Assembly: GCA_964464505.1 (NCBI GenBank)
Contig: CAYXGN010000002.1
Coordinates: 1 to 33,911, forward strand
Source: an uncultured Prevotella sp.
GTDB lineage: Bacteria > Bacteroidota > Bacteroidia > Bacteroidales > Bacteroidaceae
Direction of reading: 5' to 3'
Length of the DNA: 33,911 nucleotides
Shown: positions 18,885-27,400 of the stretch, piece by piece
Layout: every line of letters starts with the position of its first letter
Numbering within the stretch: position 1 is the first letter of the stretch
The notes under the pieces: model-generated
Databases searched by the model: none
What the model saw: only the letters and a program-made list of their open reading frames with translations
Told to the model about the DNA's origin: nothing
Translations under genes and position numbers: made by a program

Positions 18885-19895
18885 TTACTTAACCATCACC
18901 TTGTAGGTCTTGCCACCCTTGCGCACGATATTGAGACCTTTCTGGAGCTTGTTGCTCTTCACGCCAGCCACGGTGTAGATGCCTTCAACGGCGGTGTTGC
19001 CTGTTTCAACGGCGGAAATGCCTGCAGCCACACTCTTGACAGAGAATGATGCCATTGGAGCAGTGCCGGAACCGGACACCTGGAACTGTCCTTCAGCCTC
19101 GATAGTAGTGCCGTTGAAGCGGCCGGAAACTGTTACAGAAAGCTCCAAATCCTCAGCAAGACCCGACGAAGCACCGAAGGAGCCGATGTTCTTAACCGTT
19201 GCCTTGTTGTCGCTGGTGGTAGCGAAGGAACGGAAACCGTCTGCATCAGCTTCGCCAACGGGGATTGCGTCAACTGAATAGTCGGCTATTACGATGTTTG
19301 CCTCACTTATGGTGAACTGCGTGTAAGCGAACTTTATGGTGCCGTCGCCATTGTCTGTGATGCGAACTTCGTCTGCATCGTGGGTCACAGTGACATCACC
19401 GTAAGTCACTTCAGCAGTTACTGTGTAAGGAGTGGAAGGTGTTTCAACCGGCGAACCGAATGTAATCTTCATCGGGTCGTCTGCCCATCCTTGGAAAGTT
19501 CCTTCAAGATAGAGGTAGCATTCGTCCTCACTGAAGGCGCCTTCAACCAACATTGAGGTTTTGCCGCGATTGTAACCGCTGCCTTCTACTTCTCCATCAA
19601 CAAACTCCATATTGGAAGAGAAAGTTGTAACGCCATTGGTTGTGGTGCCGGGAATGTTCTTGAATGTGGTAGTGCCAAGGTCAAAATAAAGATAAAGTCC
19701 GGATATTGCGACATCGTAAGTGCCGTTTTCGTTGTCCGTAACGACAACTTTTCCGCTCATTTCGTTACCTTTACCCTTAACCGAAGTGGACCATGTGCCA
19801 AGCATGTAGCAAACGTCTTCATACTCATGCTGCACTGCTGCCATTGTTGGCAATGCCATAAACAGGCAAAGTAAAAGAGGTAAAATCTTCTTCAT
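18885..19895 (-). CDS. Secreted protein with two calycin-like beta domains and a short Prevotella-type T9SS CTD
   Basis: Signal peptide; internal repeat KVVVTDNENGTYDV / EVRITDNGDGTIKF; C-terminus GIYTVAG...KGLNIV...KVMVK. Confidence 0.7.
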   Translation of the reverse strand: MKKILPLLLCLFMALPTMAAVQHEYEDVCYMLGTWSTSVKGKGNEMSGKVVVTDNENGTYDVAISGLYLYFDLGTTTFKNIPGTTTNGVTTFSSNMEFVDGEVEGSGYNRGKTSMLVEGAFSEDECYLYLEGTFQGWADDPMKITFGSPVETPSTPYTVTAEVTYGDVTVTHDADEVRITDNGDGTIKFAYTQFTISEANIVIADYSVDAIPVGEADADGFRSFATTSDNKATVKNIGSFGASSGLAEDLELSVTVSGRFNGTTIEAEGQFQVSGSGTAPMASFSVKSVAAGISAVETGNTAVEGIYTVAGVKSNKLQKGLNIVRKGGKTYKVMVK

Positions 19896-19990
19896 AAGAA
19901 ATCCTTTCTGTTTTTAATTTGTGAATAAAGTGTTTAAATAATTATTGTATGTGCTTCTTAATGTGTGCGCTTCCTATTTCTATACGAATG

Positions 19991-19998
19991 CAAAGTTA
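19991..19998 (-). promoter_or_regulatory. -7 promoter box (TAACTTTG) for the 18885-19895 gene
   Basis: TAnnTTTGCA on the minus strand. Confidence 0.7.
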
Positions 19999-20118
19999 GT
20001 GGAAACGAGTGGAAAAAAGCGGCTTTTTAAAGTTTTTTTTGCTTGAAGTGTAAAAATTAATAGAATTTCGTCAAGCAATTATGGCAGGTTATAAAATTAC
20101 CTTATCACAATCTCATAG

Positions 20119-20204
20119 TGCCGCGAGCGGGACTCGAACCCGCACAGCCATTTCTGGCCAAGGGATTTTAAGTCCCTCGTGTCTACCAATTCCACCATTG
20201 CGGC
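20119..20204 (-). tRNA. tRNA-Leu (anticodon TAA)
   Basis: Reverse complement GCCGCAATGGTGGAATTGGTAGACACG-AGGGA-CTTAAAA-TCCCT, long variable arm, GCGGGTTCGAGTCCCGC-TCGCGGC-A; CCA not encoded. Confidence 0.96.
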
Positions 20205-20223
20205 AGTGGGCATTTATAATATG

Positions 20224-20231
20224 CAAAGTTA
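20224..20231 (-). promoter_or_regulatory. -7 promoter box (TAACTTTG) for tRNA-Leu
   Basis: TAnnTTTGCA about 20 nt upstream of the tRNA 5' end. Confidence 0.75.
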
Positions 20232-20261
20232 ATAAAAATAATATTATTACAAGGCGAAACA

Positions 20262-20385
20262 GAAAGAAATTGTAGTAGGCGCGGATCGCCGAGACGCGCC
20301 CTTTGCAAGGAAGTAAAGTGATTGAGCTATCTTAAGGGTGCGCCTCGGCGATGCGCACCTACTACGGTTACCATCGCAAGCAAGC
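20262..20385. repeat. REPIN-like element (copy C)
   Basis: Inverted arms 20272-20301 and 20336-20365 (26/30 identical) around a 34-nt spacer. Confidence 0.9.
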
Positions 20386-20386
20386 G

Positions 20387-20423
20387 AAGCCCTCCCCGGC
20401 GGGGAGGGTTGGGAGGGGCTCCT
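20387..20423 (+). repeat. 37-bp C/G-rich repeat, copy 2
   Basis: Identical to 18760-18796; its last base overlaps the stop codon of the 20423-21712 gene. Confidence 0.92.
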
Positions 20424-21712
20424 TACTCCTTGCTTGTCATTATCTTTAGCACCATTTCGTCGGTGCGGCACATTGCCTCGGCACCGATACTCGTAAGGTT
20501 ATGGATGGAGCGGTCGACATCGTTGTCGATGATTCCTTCCTCCTGCGACACGCATTTACCCTCCATTGCGAGCAGGGCGGAGAGCAAAGCGGTGCTCACT
20601 CCCGACGAGATTTTGAGCGCACAACTGGGTTTTGCGCCGTCGCAAATCATTCCCGTGAGGTTGGCAATCATATTCTTCACGGCGAAACAGAGGCGTGAGA
20701 AGTCGCCACCCATAAGATAGGTGATGCCGCAACTCGACCCGATGCTTGCCACAACACAACCGCACAGGGCTGAGAGTTTGCCCAGACTCTGCTTGATATA
20801 GATGGCGGTGAGATGGCTGATGGTAAGCGCGCGGATGAGTTCTTCCTCCGTATTCTCGTTCTCCTCGGCGTAAACGGCAACGGGATTAGTGGCGCAGATG
20901 CCCTGATTTCCCGACCCTGAGTTGCTCATCACGGGTATCATGGCTCCTCCCATGCGTGCATCGCAAGCCGAAGCCGTTGCCGATAGGATGTGGGAAAAGA
21001 TGCTGTTGCCGAAGATTCCGTGGGAAAGGGGGCGGTCGATGGTCTTCCCCAGACAGTGACCGTAGTTGCCTTTCTTCGAGAGTTGGGCTGCACGGATGTT
21101 GTAGTCGCGTGTCTCGAGGATGAAGCGGAGCTCGTCCAGGGGCGATGTGGTGGCGAAATCATACACCATCTGGAGGTTGAGGGCGATGTCTTTCTCATCG
21201 CTTGCGCCCTCGGCGGAGGGCTGCCGCTTGTCGAGGATGGCGTTGCCGTCGAGTTCCACAAGCACGAAGTTGGTGTGCGAGGTGGCTATGATGGCGCGCG
21301 ACTGATGCCCCGCGGCTTCGCAGACGACCTCCACATAGAGTTTCTCCGTGATGCCTTCCTTCAGCTTAATGTCTATGCGGCGGTCGGCGATGAATGCCTT
21401 TCCCTCTTCGAGGGAGCCGGCATCGAGGTCCTTTATCACTTCCAGTCCGTACTCAGAGCGGCCCACCAAGGCTCCCATAGCAATGGCTATGGGCAGCCCT
21501 ATCATTCCAGTGCCGGGTATTCCAACGCCCATGGCGTTCTTGAGGATGTTGGCTGAGAGCAGGGCGGTGATGTGTTCGGGTCGCTGACCGAGCGTCTCTG
21601 TGGCGCGGGCTGTGGCCAATGCCACTGCCATCGGCTCTGTGCAGCCCACGGCAGGCACCACCTCGCGGCGGATGAGGGCTATGATTTGTTGTCTTGTCTG
21701 AGTGTCGAGCAT
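20423..21712 (-). CDS. L-cysteine desulfidase family protein (YhaM/CdsB-like, serine dehydratase alpha-like)
   Basis: PAVGCTEP, KNAMGVGIPG, DARMGG, SGSGNQG, LSALCGC and MICDGAKPSCALK (putative Fe-S cysteines). Confidence 0.88.
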   Translation of the reverse strand: MLDTQTRQQIIALIRREVVPAVGCTEPMAVALATARATETLGQRPEHITALLSANILKNAMGVGIPGTGMIGLPIAIAMGALVGRSEYGLEVIKDLDAGSLEEGKAFIADRRIDIKLKEGITEKLYVEVVCEAAGHQSRAIIATSHTNFVLVELDGNAILDKRQPSAEGASDEKDIALNLQMVYDFATTSPLDELRFILETRDYNIRAAQLSKKGNYGHCLGKTIDRPLSHGIFGNSIFSHILSATASACDARMGGAMIPVMSNSGSGNQGICATNPVAVYAEENENTEEELIRALTISHLTAIYIKQSLGKLSALCGCVVASIGSSCGITYLMGGDFSRLCFAVKNMIANLTGMICDGAKPSCALKISSGVSTALLSALLAMEGKCVSQEEGIIDNDVDRSIHNLTSIGAEAMCRTDEMVLKIMTSKE

Positions 21713-21735
21713 AGGCTTTGGAAAGGAGGTTTATG

Positions 21736-21771
21736 AAAAACGGGAACTACGGCAATGGCGCGGCTCCCGTT
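21736..21771 (-). terminator. Terminator-like hairpin between dsbD and the desulfidase gene
   Basis: Minus strand ACGGGAGC-CGCG...CGTA-GTTCCCGT followed by TTTT. Confidence 0.6.
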
Positions 21772-21784
21772 GGTTGTTGTCGTA

Positions 21785-23815
21785 TTATTTCTTATTGTTG
21801 TAGTTGTCGAGTCCCTTTTGCAGGAATTCCACATATTCGCTGATGTCCTCATCATAGGAACGGCTACCGCTGAGGGGTTTTCCTTCGCCGTCGACGAGCA
21901 CATAGAAGGGTTGCGTATTGCTTCCGAACTTATAGCGTTGGAGGTAACTCCACTTGTCGCCGACGGTGCGCAGCGTGCGCTTTGTGCCGTCGCTCTCGGT
22001 CACTTCCATCTGTTCCGGCAGCGGAGTCTTGTCGTCCACATAGAGCGAGATGAGCACATACTTCTGGTTAAGGAGGTCGGCGACGGTGGCATCTGTCCAT
22101 ACTGCGGCTTCCATCTTGCGGCAATTGACGCATCCGAAACCTGTGAAGTCAATCATAACAGGCTTTCCTTCGAGTCGCGCGGCAGCCATTCCGACTTCAA
22201 AATCCTTGAAACGGGGATGCACTTCGTTCTTGTAAAGGTTGAAATCCTGAGTGTTCATGGGCGGCGCGAAGGCACTGACAGCCTTGAGGGGAGCACCCCA
22301 CAGACCCGGAACCATATATATGGCGAAAGCCAACGAAGCCAGGGCGAGGAAGAACTGCGGCACGTTGGTGCGGCGTTTTTCGTCGTCATGGGGGAAATTG
22401 AACATTCCAAGGAGATAGAGTCCGAGCAGAGTAAAAATGGCAATCCATAGGGCGAGGAATGTCTCGCGGTCGAGAATGTGCCATCCGTAAGCCAAATCGG
22501 CAACGGAGAGGAACTTCAGCGCAAAGGCGAGTTCGATGAATCCGAGCACCACCTTTATCACGTTCATCCATCCGCCCGACTTCGGTGCCGACTTCAACAG
22601 TGTGGGGAAGAGGGCGAACAATGCGAAAGGCACTGCCAAGGCGAGGGCAAAACCGAACATGCCCACGGTGGGAGCGACGATGCTTCCCTCTGTACTCACT
22701 GCCACAAGGAGGAACCCTATGATGGGACCGGTGCAGGAGAAGGAAACCAAGGAAAGCGTGAACGCCATGAGGAAGATGCTCAACAGGCCGCTCGTCGACT
22801 CCGACTTGCGGTCGATTTTGTTGCTCCACGACGACGGAAGGGTTATCTCGAAAGCCCCAAAGAATGATGCTGCGAACACCACGAGCAACAGACAGAAGAA
22901 GATGTTGAATATGGCGTTGGTGGAAAGAGCATTGAGTGCGCTCGCGCCGAAGAGTAAAGAGACAACCAGTCCCAGCGCAACATAGATGACAACGATGCTG
23001 ATGCCGTAGGTGATGGCGTCTTTGATGCCTTTCTTACGGTCTTTGTTGCGCTTCAAAAAGAAACTCACTGTCATCGGGATGATGGGCCAAACGCACGGCG
23101 TAAAGAGTGCAAGGAAACCGCCGGCAATGCCCGCGAGGAAGATGTAAAGCAAGGAATTGCTCATCGGAGTCTCATATTCCTTGAGCTCTTTGATTACCGG
23201 TGTCCACAGAGCATTGCTTTCCTGCTCGCTGAGAGTGGCGGGGGCGGCAGCCGTTGCGGTGTCGGCGTCAGCACTGTCTTGCTGGATGACGGGCATCTCG
23301 GCAATGGCTTCGTCCACCTTTTCTTCCTTCTTCTCCTCCTTGGCAGCCTTGCTGTCGACAGCAGGGGAGGCTCCGCTCTTGCTGAAGTTCACCTGAGTGG
23401 GAGGCATACACGATTGGTCATTGCATGCGCCGAACTCAAGATAGCAAGTTATGGAATACTTCGGTTTGGTGAATTTCACCTTCTGGACAAACTGAACGGA
23501 GTGCTCGAAATAGCGCAGTTTCATGCCGAACATCTCGTCCATCTGCGATATTTCGCGACCCTTTGGGGTGAGACCGCCCACGAGTTCCACGCCGTCTTTC
23601 TTGTCAACATGAAACGATGCCTGGATGGGTCCGTCTTCTCCGAGGTTCGTGGAATACACGTGCCAGCCGTCATCAATCTTTCCACTGAACACAATCTCGC
23701 CTTCGGCAGTGCCGTTGGTCTTTAATTGTGAGGTGAACTTTACGGGTTCTGCCATTTGCGCTTGGCACAATATCGCCACGAGGAGCAGCATCGCTGCCGT
23801 CATCACTTTCTTCAT
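21785..23815 (-). CDS. dsbD: Thiol:disulfide interchange protein DsbD (alpha, TM beta and thioredoxin gamma domains)
   Basis: Signal peptide; GWHVY and ACNDQSCMPP in alpha; FTPCVWP and FSCTGP in the membrane domain; PKSGGWM; DFTGFGCVNCRKME in gamma. Confidence 0.94.
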   Translation of the reverse strand: MKKVMTAAMLLLVAILCQAQMAEPVKFTSQLKTNGTAEGEIVFSGKIDDGWHVYSTNLGEDGPIQASFHVDKKDGVELVGGLTPKGREISQMDEMFGMKLRYFEHSVQFVQKVKFTKPKYSITCYLEFGACNDQSCMPPTQVNFSKSGASPAVDSKAAKEEKKEEKVDEAIAEMPVIQQDSADADTATAAAPATLSEQESNALWTPVIKELKEYETPMSNSLLYIFLAGIAGGFLALFTPCVWPIIPMTVSFFLKRNKDRKKGIKDAITYGISIVVIYVALGLVVSLLFGASALNALSTNAIFNIFFCLLLVVFAASFFGAFEITLPSSWSNKIDRKSESTSGLLSIFLMAFTLSLVSFSCTGPIIGFLLVAVSTEGSIVAPTVGMFGFALALAVPFALFALFPTLLKSAPKSGGWMNVIKVVLGFIELAFALKFLSVADLAYGWHILDRETFLALWIAIFTLLGLYLLGMFNFPHDDEKRRTNVPQFFLALASLAFAIYMVPGLWGAPLKAVSAFAPPMNTQDFNLYKNEVHPRFKDFEVGMAAARLEGKPVMIDFTGFGCVNCRKMEAAVWTDATVADLLNQKYVLISLYVDDKTPLPEQMEVTESDGTKRTLRTVGDKWSYLQRYKFGSNTQPFYVLVDGEGKPLSGSRSYDEDISEYVEFLQKGLDNYNNKK

Positions 23816-23848
23816 AATGCGTTTCGGTTGTGTGATAGAATTGATTTA

Positions 23849-23856
23849 CAAAGGTA
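23849..23856 (-). promoter_or_regulatory. -7 promoter box (TACCTTTG) for dsbD
   Basis: TAnnTTTG about 33 nt upstream of the start. Confidence 0.65.
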
Positions 23857-23931
23857 CGCAAAATAAAACAACCACGAAAAAATTAGACGGGAAAAGCATT
23901 GCACGGGCTTTATGGGCAAAGCTTTTATACG

Positions 23932-23970
23932 CAAACGCCCGGCTTCATTTGCAATGAAACCGGGCGTTTG
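23932..23970 (-). terminator. Hairpin immediately downstream of tRNA-Arg (terminator or processing stem)
   Basis: CAAACGCCCGG-C-TTCATT-TGC-AATGAA-A-CCGGGCGTTTG; weak U tract. Confidence 0.65.
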
Positions 23971-23972
23971 TG

Positions 23973-24044
23973 TAGTCCTGTTGGGAATCGAACCCAAATC
24001 TACGCTTTAGGAGAGCATTGTTCTATCCATTGAACTACAAGACC
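23973..24044 (-). tRNA. tRNA-Arg (anticodon CCT)
   Basis: Reverse complement GGTCTTG-TA-GTTC-AATGGATA-GAAC-A-ATGCT-CTCCTAA-AGCGT-AGAT-TTGGGTTCGATTCCCAA-CAGGACT-A; A20 Arg identity element; CCA not encoded. Confidence 0.95.
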
Positions 24045-24051
24045 TTGTTTA

Positions 24052-24128
24052 GCCAAAGTGCCGTGCCGACGGATGTGCTTTCGCACACCCGTCGGGGCTC
24101 CTCCGAAAAGCCGCACGGCACGTTTAGC
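24052..24128 (-). ncRNA. Candidate structured RNA (three-way junction with GAAA tetraloop) in the tRNA-Arg leader
   Basis: Three helices of 15, 7 and 12 bp; every non-Watson-Crick pair is G-U on the minus strand; lies between the promoter box and the tRNA. Confidence 0.6.
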
Positions 24129-24133
24129 GACTG

Positions 24134-24141
24134 CAAATTTA
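24134..24141 (-). promoter_or_regulatory. -7 promoter box (TAAATTTG) for the leader RNA and tRNA-Arg
   Basis: TAnnTTTGCA ending 5 nt before the structured element. Confidence 0.75.
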
Positions 24142-24187
24142 CTCATTTTTCCCGAAATACTGACTCAGTGGGCAACTTTTCGTGGAT

Positions 24188-24316
24188 GAAAGAGGGGTAA
24201 TCGCAGTAGGTGCATCGCCGAGGCGCACCCACGCTCGACCTCCTATAAGATATTTTCCTCTTGCAAAGGGTACCGCTCGGCAATCGGCGCCTACTACAAT
24301 TACTTTGCTAGCAAGC
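24188..24316. repeat. REPIN-like element (copy D, more degenerate)
   Basis: Arms GGGTAATCGCAGTAGGTGCATCGCCGAGGCGCACCC (24195-24230) and GGGTACCGCTCGGCAATCGGCGCCTACTACAATTAC (24268-24303) around a 37-nt spacer. Confidence 0.85.
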
Positions 24317-24331
24317 ATTTCAATCAGAAAC

Positions 24332-24373
24332 AAAAAACCGACCGTCTCCACTGAGGAAGTGGAAAACGGTCGG
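24332..24373 (-). terminator. Intrinsic terminator of secDF
   Basis: CCGACCGT-C-TCCACT / AGTGGA-AA-ACGGTCGG stem with a U6 tract on the minus strand. Confidence 0.85.
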
Positions 24374-24415
24374 GCACAAAGTTATGAAGTGGTATGAAGA
24401 ATGTCCTTCTTGGGC

Positions 24416-27400
24416 TTAAGCCTTCACTACTTCGGCGCTCTCCTCGTGGTGGTCTTTAATCTTATGACCCAATGTGAGGTAAGCGATAGGAGCTGCGATG
24501 AAGATTGACGACAGCGTTCCGACAATCACACCAAGCGCCATTGCGAACGAGAAGCTGCGTGTGCTCTCGCCTCCGAGGGCGAAGATGCAGAGCAACACGA
24601 TAAGCGTTGAGAACGAGGTGTTGATGGTTCGCGACAGAGTCTCGTTGAGTGAGTTGTTGAAAAGTTGCTGAAGGTTCATCTTCTTGTGCAGTGTCAGGTT
24701 CTCACGGATACGGTCGAACACCACCACCTTATCGTTGATGGAGTAACCGATGATGGTCAAGATGGCACCGATGAAGGTCTGGTCCACCTCGAGAGAGAAC
24801 GGCACGATATCCCAAAGGAGTGAGAAGAAGCCGATGACGATGGTGGCATCGATGGCAAGGGCAACTGTAGAGCCGATGGAGAATGCCACGTTATGGAAGC
24901 GGATGAGGATGTAAAGGAAGATTGCCACGAGTGCCAATATCACTGAAATGATGGCTCCGTGGGTGATGTCCTTAGCCACTGCCGGTCCCACTTTCGTTGA
25001 ACTGACGATGCTTCCTCCTGCCCGTATGTCCGGATTCTTGAATGCTTCAACACTCTCCTGGGTCACAAGTCCTGCGCCATGCAAGCCCTTGTAGAGGATG
25101 TTCTCCACTTCGTTGTCGATGGCAGGGTTGTTGGATTCAATCTTATAGTTGGTGGAAATACGGATGGTCTTATGGTCTGTGCCCAATGCCAAAGCGCTGA
25201 TTGTGGAGTTGGGGAACAGCGGACGGAGTGCTTCCGTCACTTGTTCGGGTTCCACTTGCTTCTCAAGCACAACCACATAGTTGCGTCCTCCCGTGAAGTC
25301 GATGCCTTTGCTGAGACCGCGAACACAGAAGCTTGTGATGACAATGAGCAACATCACGCCGGCAACGGTGAACGACTTGCGATACATTCGCATAAAGCGG
25401 AAGTTCTTGTTCGCCATAAAGTTGCGCGAGATACGGGTTGTAAAGGTCTGCTTTGTCCACTTGTCGTGCTTCAGACGGTTCTCATATACGAGGCGGGTGA
25501 GGAACACTGCGGTGAAGAACGAGCAAATAATGCCGATGATAAGGGTTGTTGCGAAGCCGCGGATGGGACCAGTTCCGAACATGTAAAGGATTACACCGGT
25601 GATGATGGAAGTGAAGTTGGAGTCGAAAATGGCTGAGAACGCATTGCTGTAACCCAACGTCAGGGCTTGTTTAGTGCCGAGACCCTTCTTCAATTCCTCT
25701 TTTGTGCGCTCGTAAATAAGCACGTTGGCATCGACAGCCATACCCAATGCGAGCACGATACCGGCTATTCCGGACATCGTCAAGGCTGCCTGGAACGACG
25801 CCATGATACCCATTGTGAAGAAAAGGTTAAGCAAAAGCGCTCCGTTTGCCACCATTCCGGGGATGAAATCGTACATGGCAATCATGTAAATCATAAGGAT
25901 TATGAAAGCCACAACGAACGACATGAAGCCCTGTTGGATGGATTGGGCACCCAAAGTAGGTCCAACCACCTCTTCCTGAACGATGCGTGCGGGTGCAGGC
26001 ATGCGTCCTGACTTAAGCGTATTTGCGAGGTCTTTGGTGTCTTCAATTGTGAAATTGCCTGAGATTGAAGACTGTCCGCCGGATATTTCGCCGTTTACAC
26101 GGGGAGCGGAATATACTGTTCCATCGAGGACGATGGCTATTGCCTTACCCACATTAGCCTTGGTGAGGGCAGCCCAGCGGCGTGCTCCGTCGCTGTTCAT
26201 GGTCATGCTGACCTCCGGCGAACCTGTAAGGTTATTGAACTGGTCCTTTGCTTCGGTGATGACATCGCCTTCAATGGGGGCGCGTCCGTTGCTTGTTGTC
26301 ACCTTGATGGCGTGCAGTTCGTAATAGTTCTTCACTTGAAGGCCGTCGGCAGGCTTTGCGCTCCAAAGCAAACGGCAGTCAGACGGGAGAATCTGCTTGG
26401 CAATATCGGAATAGATAATCTTGTTTACGGCAGCGGTGTCGCGTGCTGATGCGTAGCCGACGAGGCTGAGAGCGCCATTGCCAGTGGGGTTAAGGATGGC
26501 GAGAAGCGGATGGAGTTTCTTTGCTTCCTCAAGTTCTTTGGCTGACGAAGTGGACTCCTTCGGCTCTTTGTTTTCCTTCTTTATCTGGAATTTGGATGTT
26601 TCTGTCTTTGCCACGGCAGCCTTGGCGGTGTCTGCTTTTACAGTGTCGGCAGCGGCTTCCTGCTCACTTCCGGCGTTGGCAAAGCGTTGGTCGATTTGTG
26701 AGAAGAGCGGAACAATCTCGTCAGAGTTGTATGTCTCCCAGAATTCCAGGTTCGCACTACCCTGAAGAAGTTTACGAACGCGCTCCGGCTCGTTGATGCC
26801 CGGCATCTCAACCATGATGCGTCCCTGCTGTCCTTCAAGTTTCTGGATGTTCGGCTGAACCACGCCGAACTTGTCGATACGTGTTCTTACGACTGTGAAC
26901 GAGTTGTCGATGGCCGACTGTACCTCTGCTCTCAGCACCTTTTCCACATCCTTGTCGCTGCTGTTTGGCGACACTTTGCCCTGCAACTGTTGTGTTGCGA
27001 AGATTTCAGCAAGGCGGTGTCCGGGTGCGTTGCGGTGATAAGCGTTGATGAAGAGAGTGACGAAGTCGTCCTGACTTGTCTCCTCTTCGGCCTTGGCTTC
27101 CTTCATTGACTTAACGAAAGCCTCATCGCTCTTGTGCTCTGCGAGTGTTTCGATGACATCGGGAACACTTACTTCGAGGATAACATTCATACCGCCCTTG
27201 AGGTCAAGGCCCAATCCGATGCGCGTTTCAAGGCACTTCTGGTAAGAGTAGATGCCGAGATACTTGACCGAATCCTTATAGTCTTGCTGTGCAATGGGGT
27301 CTTTTATCTTCGCAGCCTGGCTGTCATAGTACTCTGTGGCAACCGAGAACGAGAGGTAGAAGATGCTCGCCAGCGTCAGGAGGACGGCTGTTAGAATTAC

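Noticed and set aside
19998..20040. AGTGGAAA direct repeat and AAAAAGC-G-GCTTTTT mini-palindrome
   Set aside because: Too short and AT-rich to distinguish from chance in a promoter region.
18797..20118. tRNA-Leu-anchored integrative island
   Set aside because: No integrase, and no duplicated tRNA 3' end (att site) was found downstream of either tRNA.
18608..20423. CRISPR-like appearance of approximately 30-bp repeats with 34-37-nt spacers
   Set aside because: The arms are inverted pairs at dispersed loci, not tandem direct repeats, and no cas genes are present.
24052..24128. Assigning the leader structure to SRP RNA, a hammerhead ribozyme, a T-box or a second tRNA
   Set aside because: It lacks the SRP helix-8 internal loop motifs, the CUGAnGA core, the T-box sequence and a TTCG T-loop in cloverleaf context.
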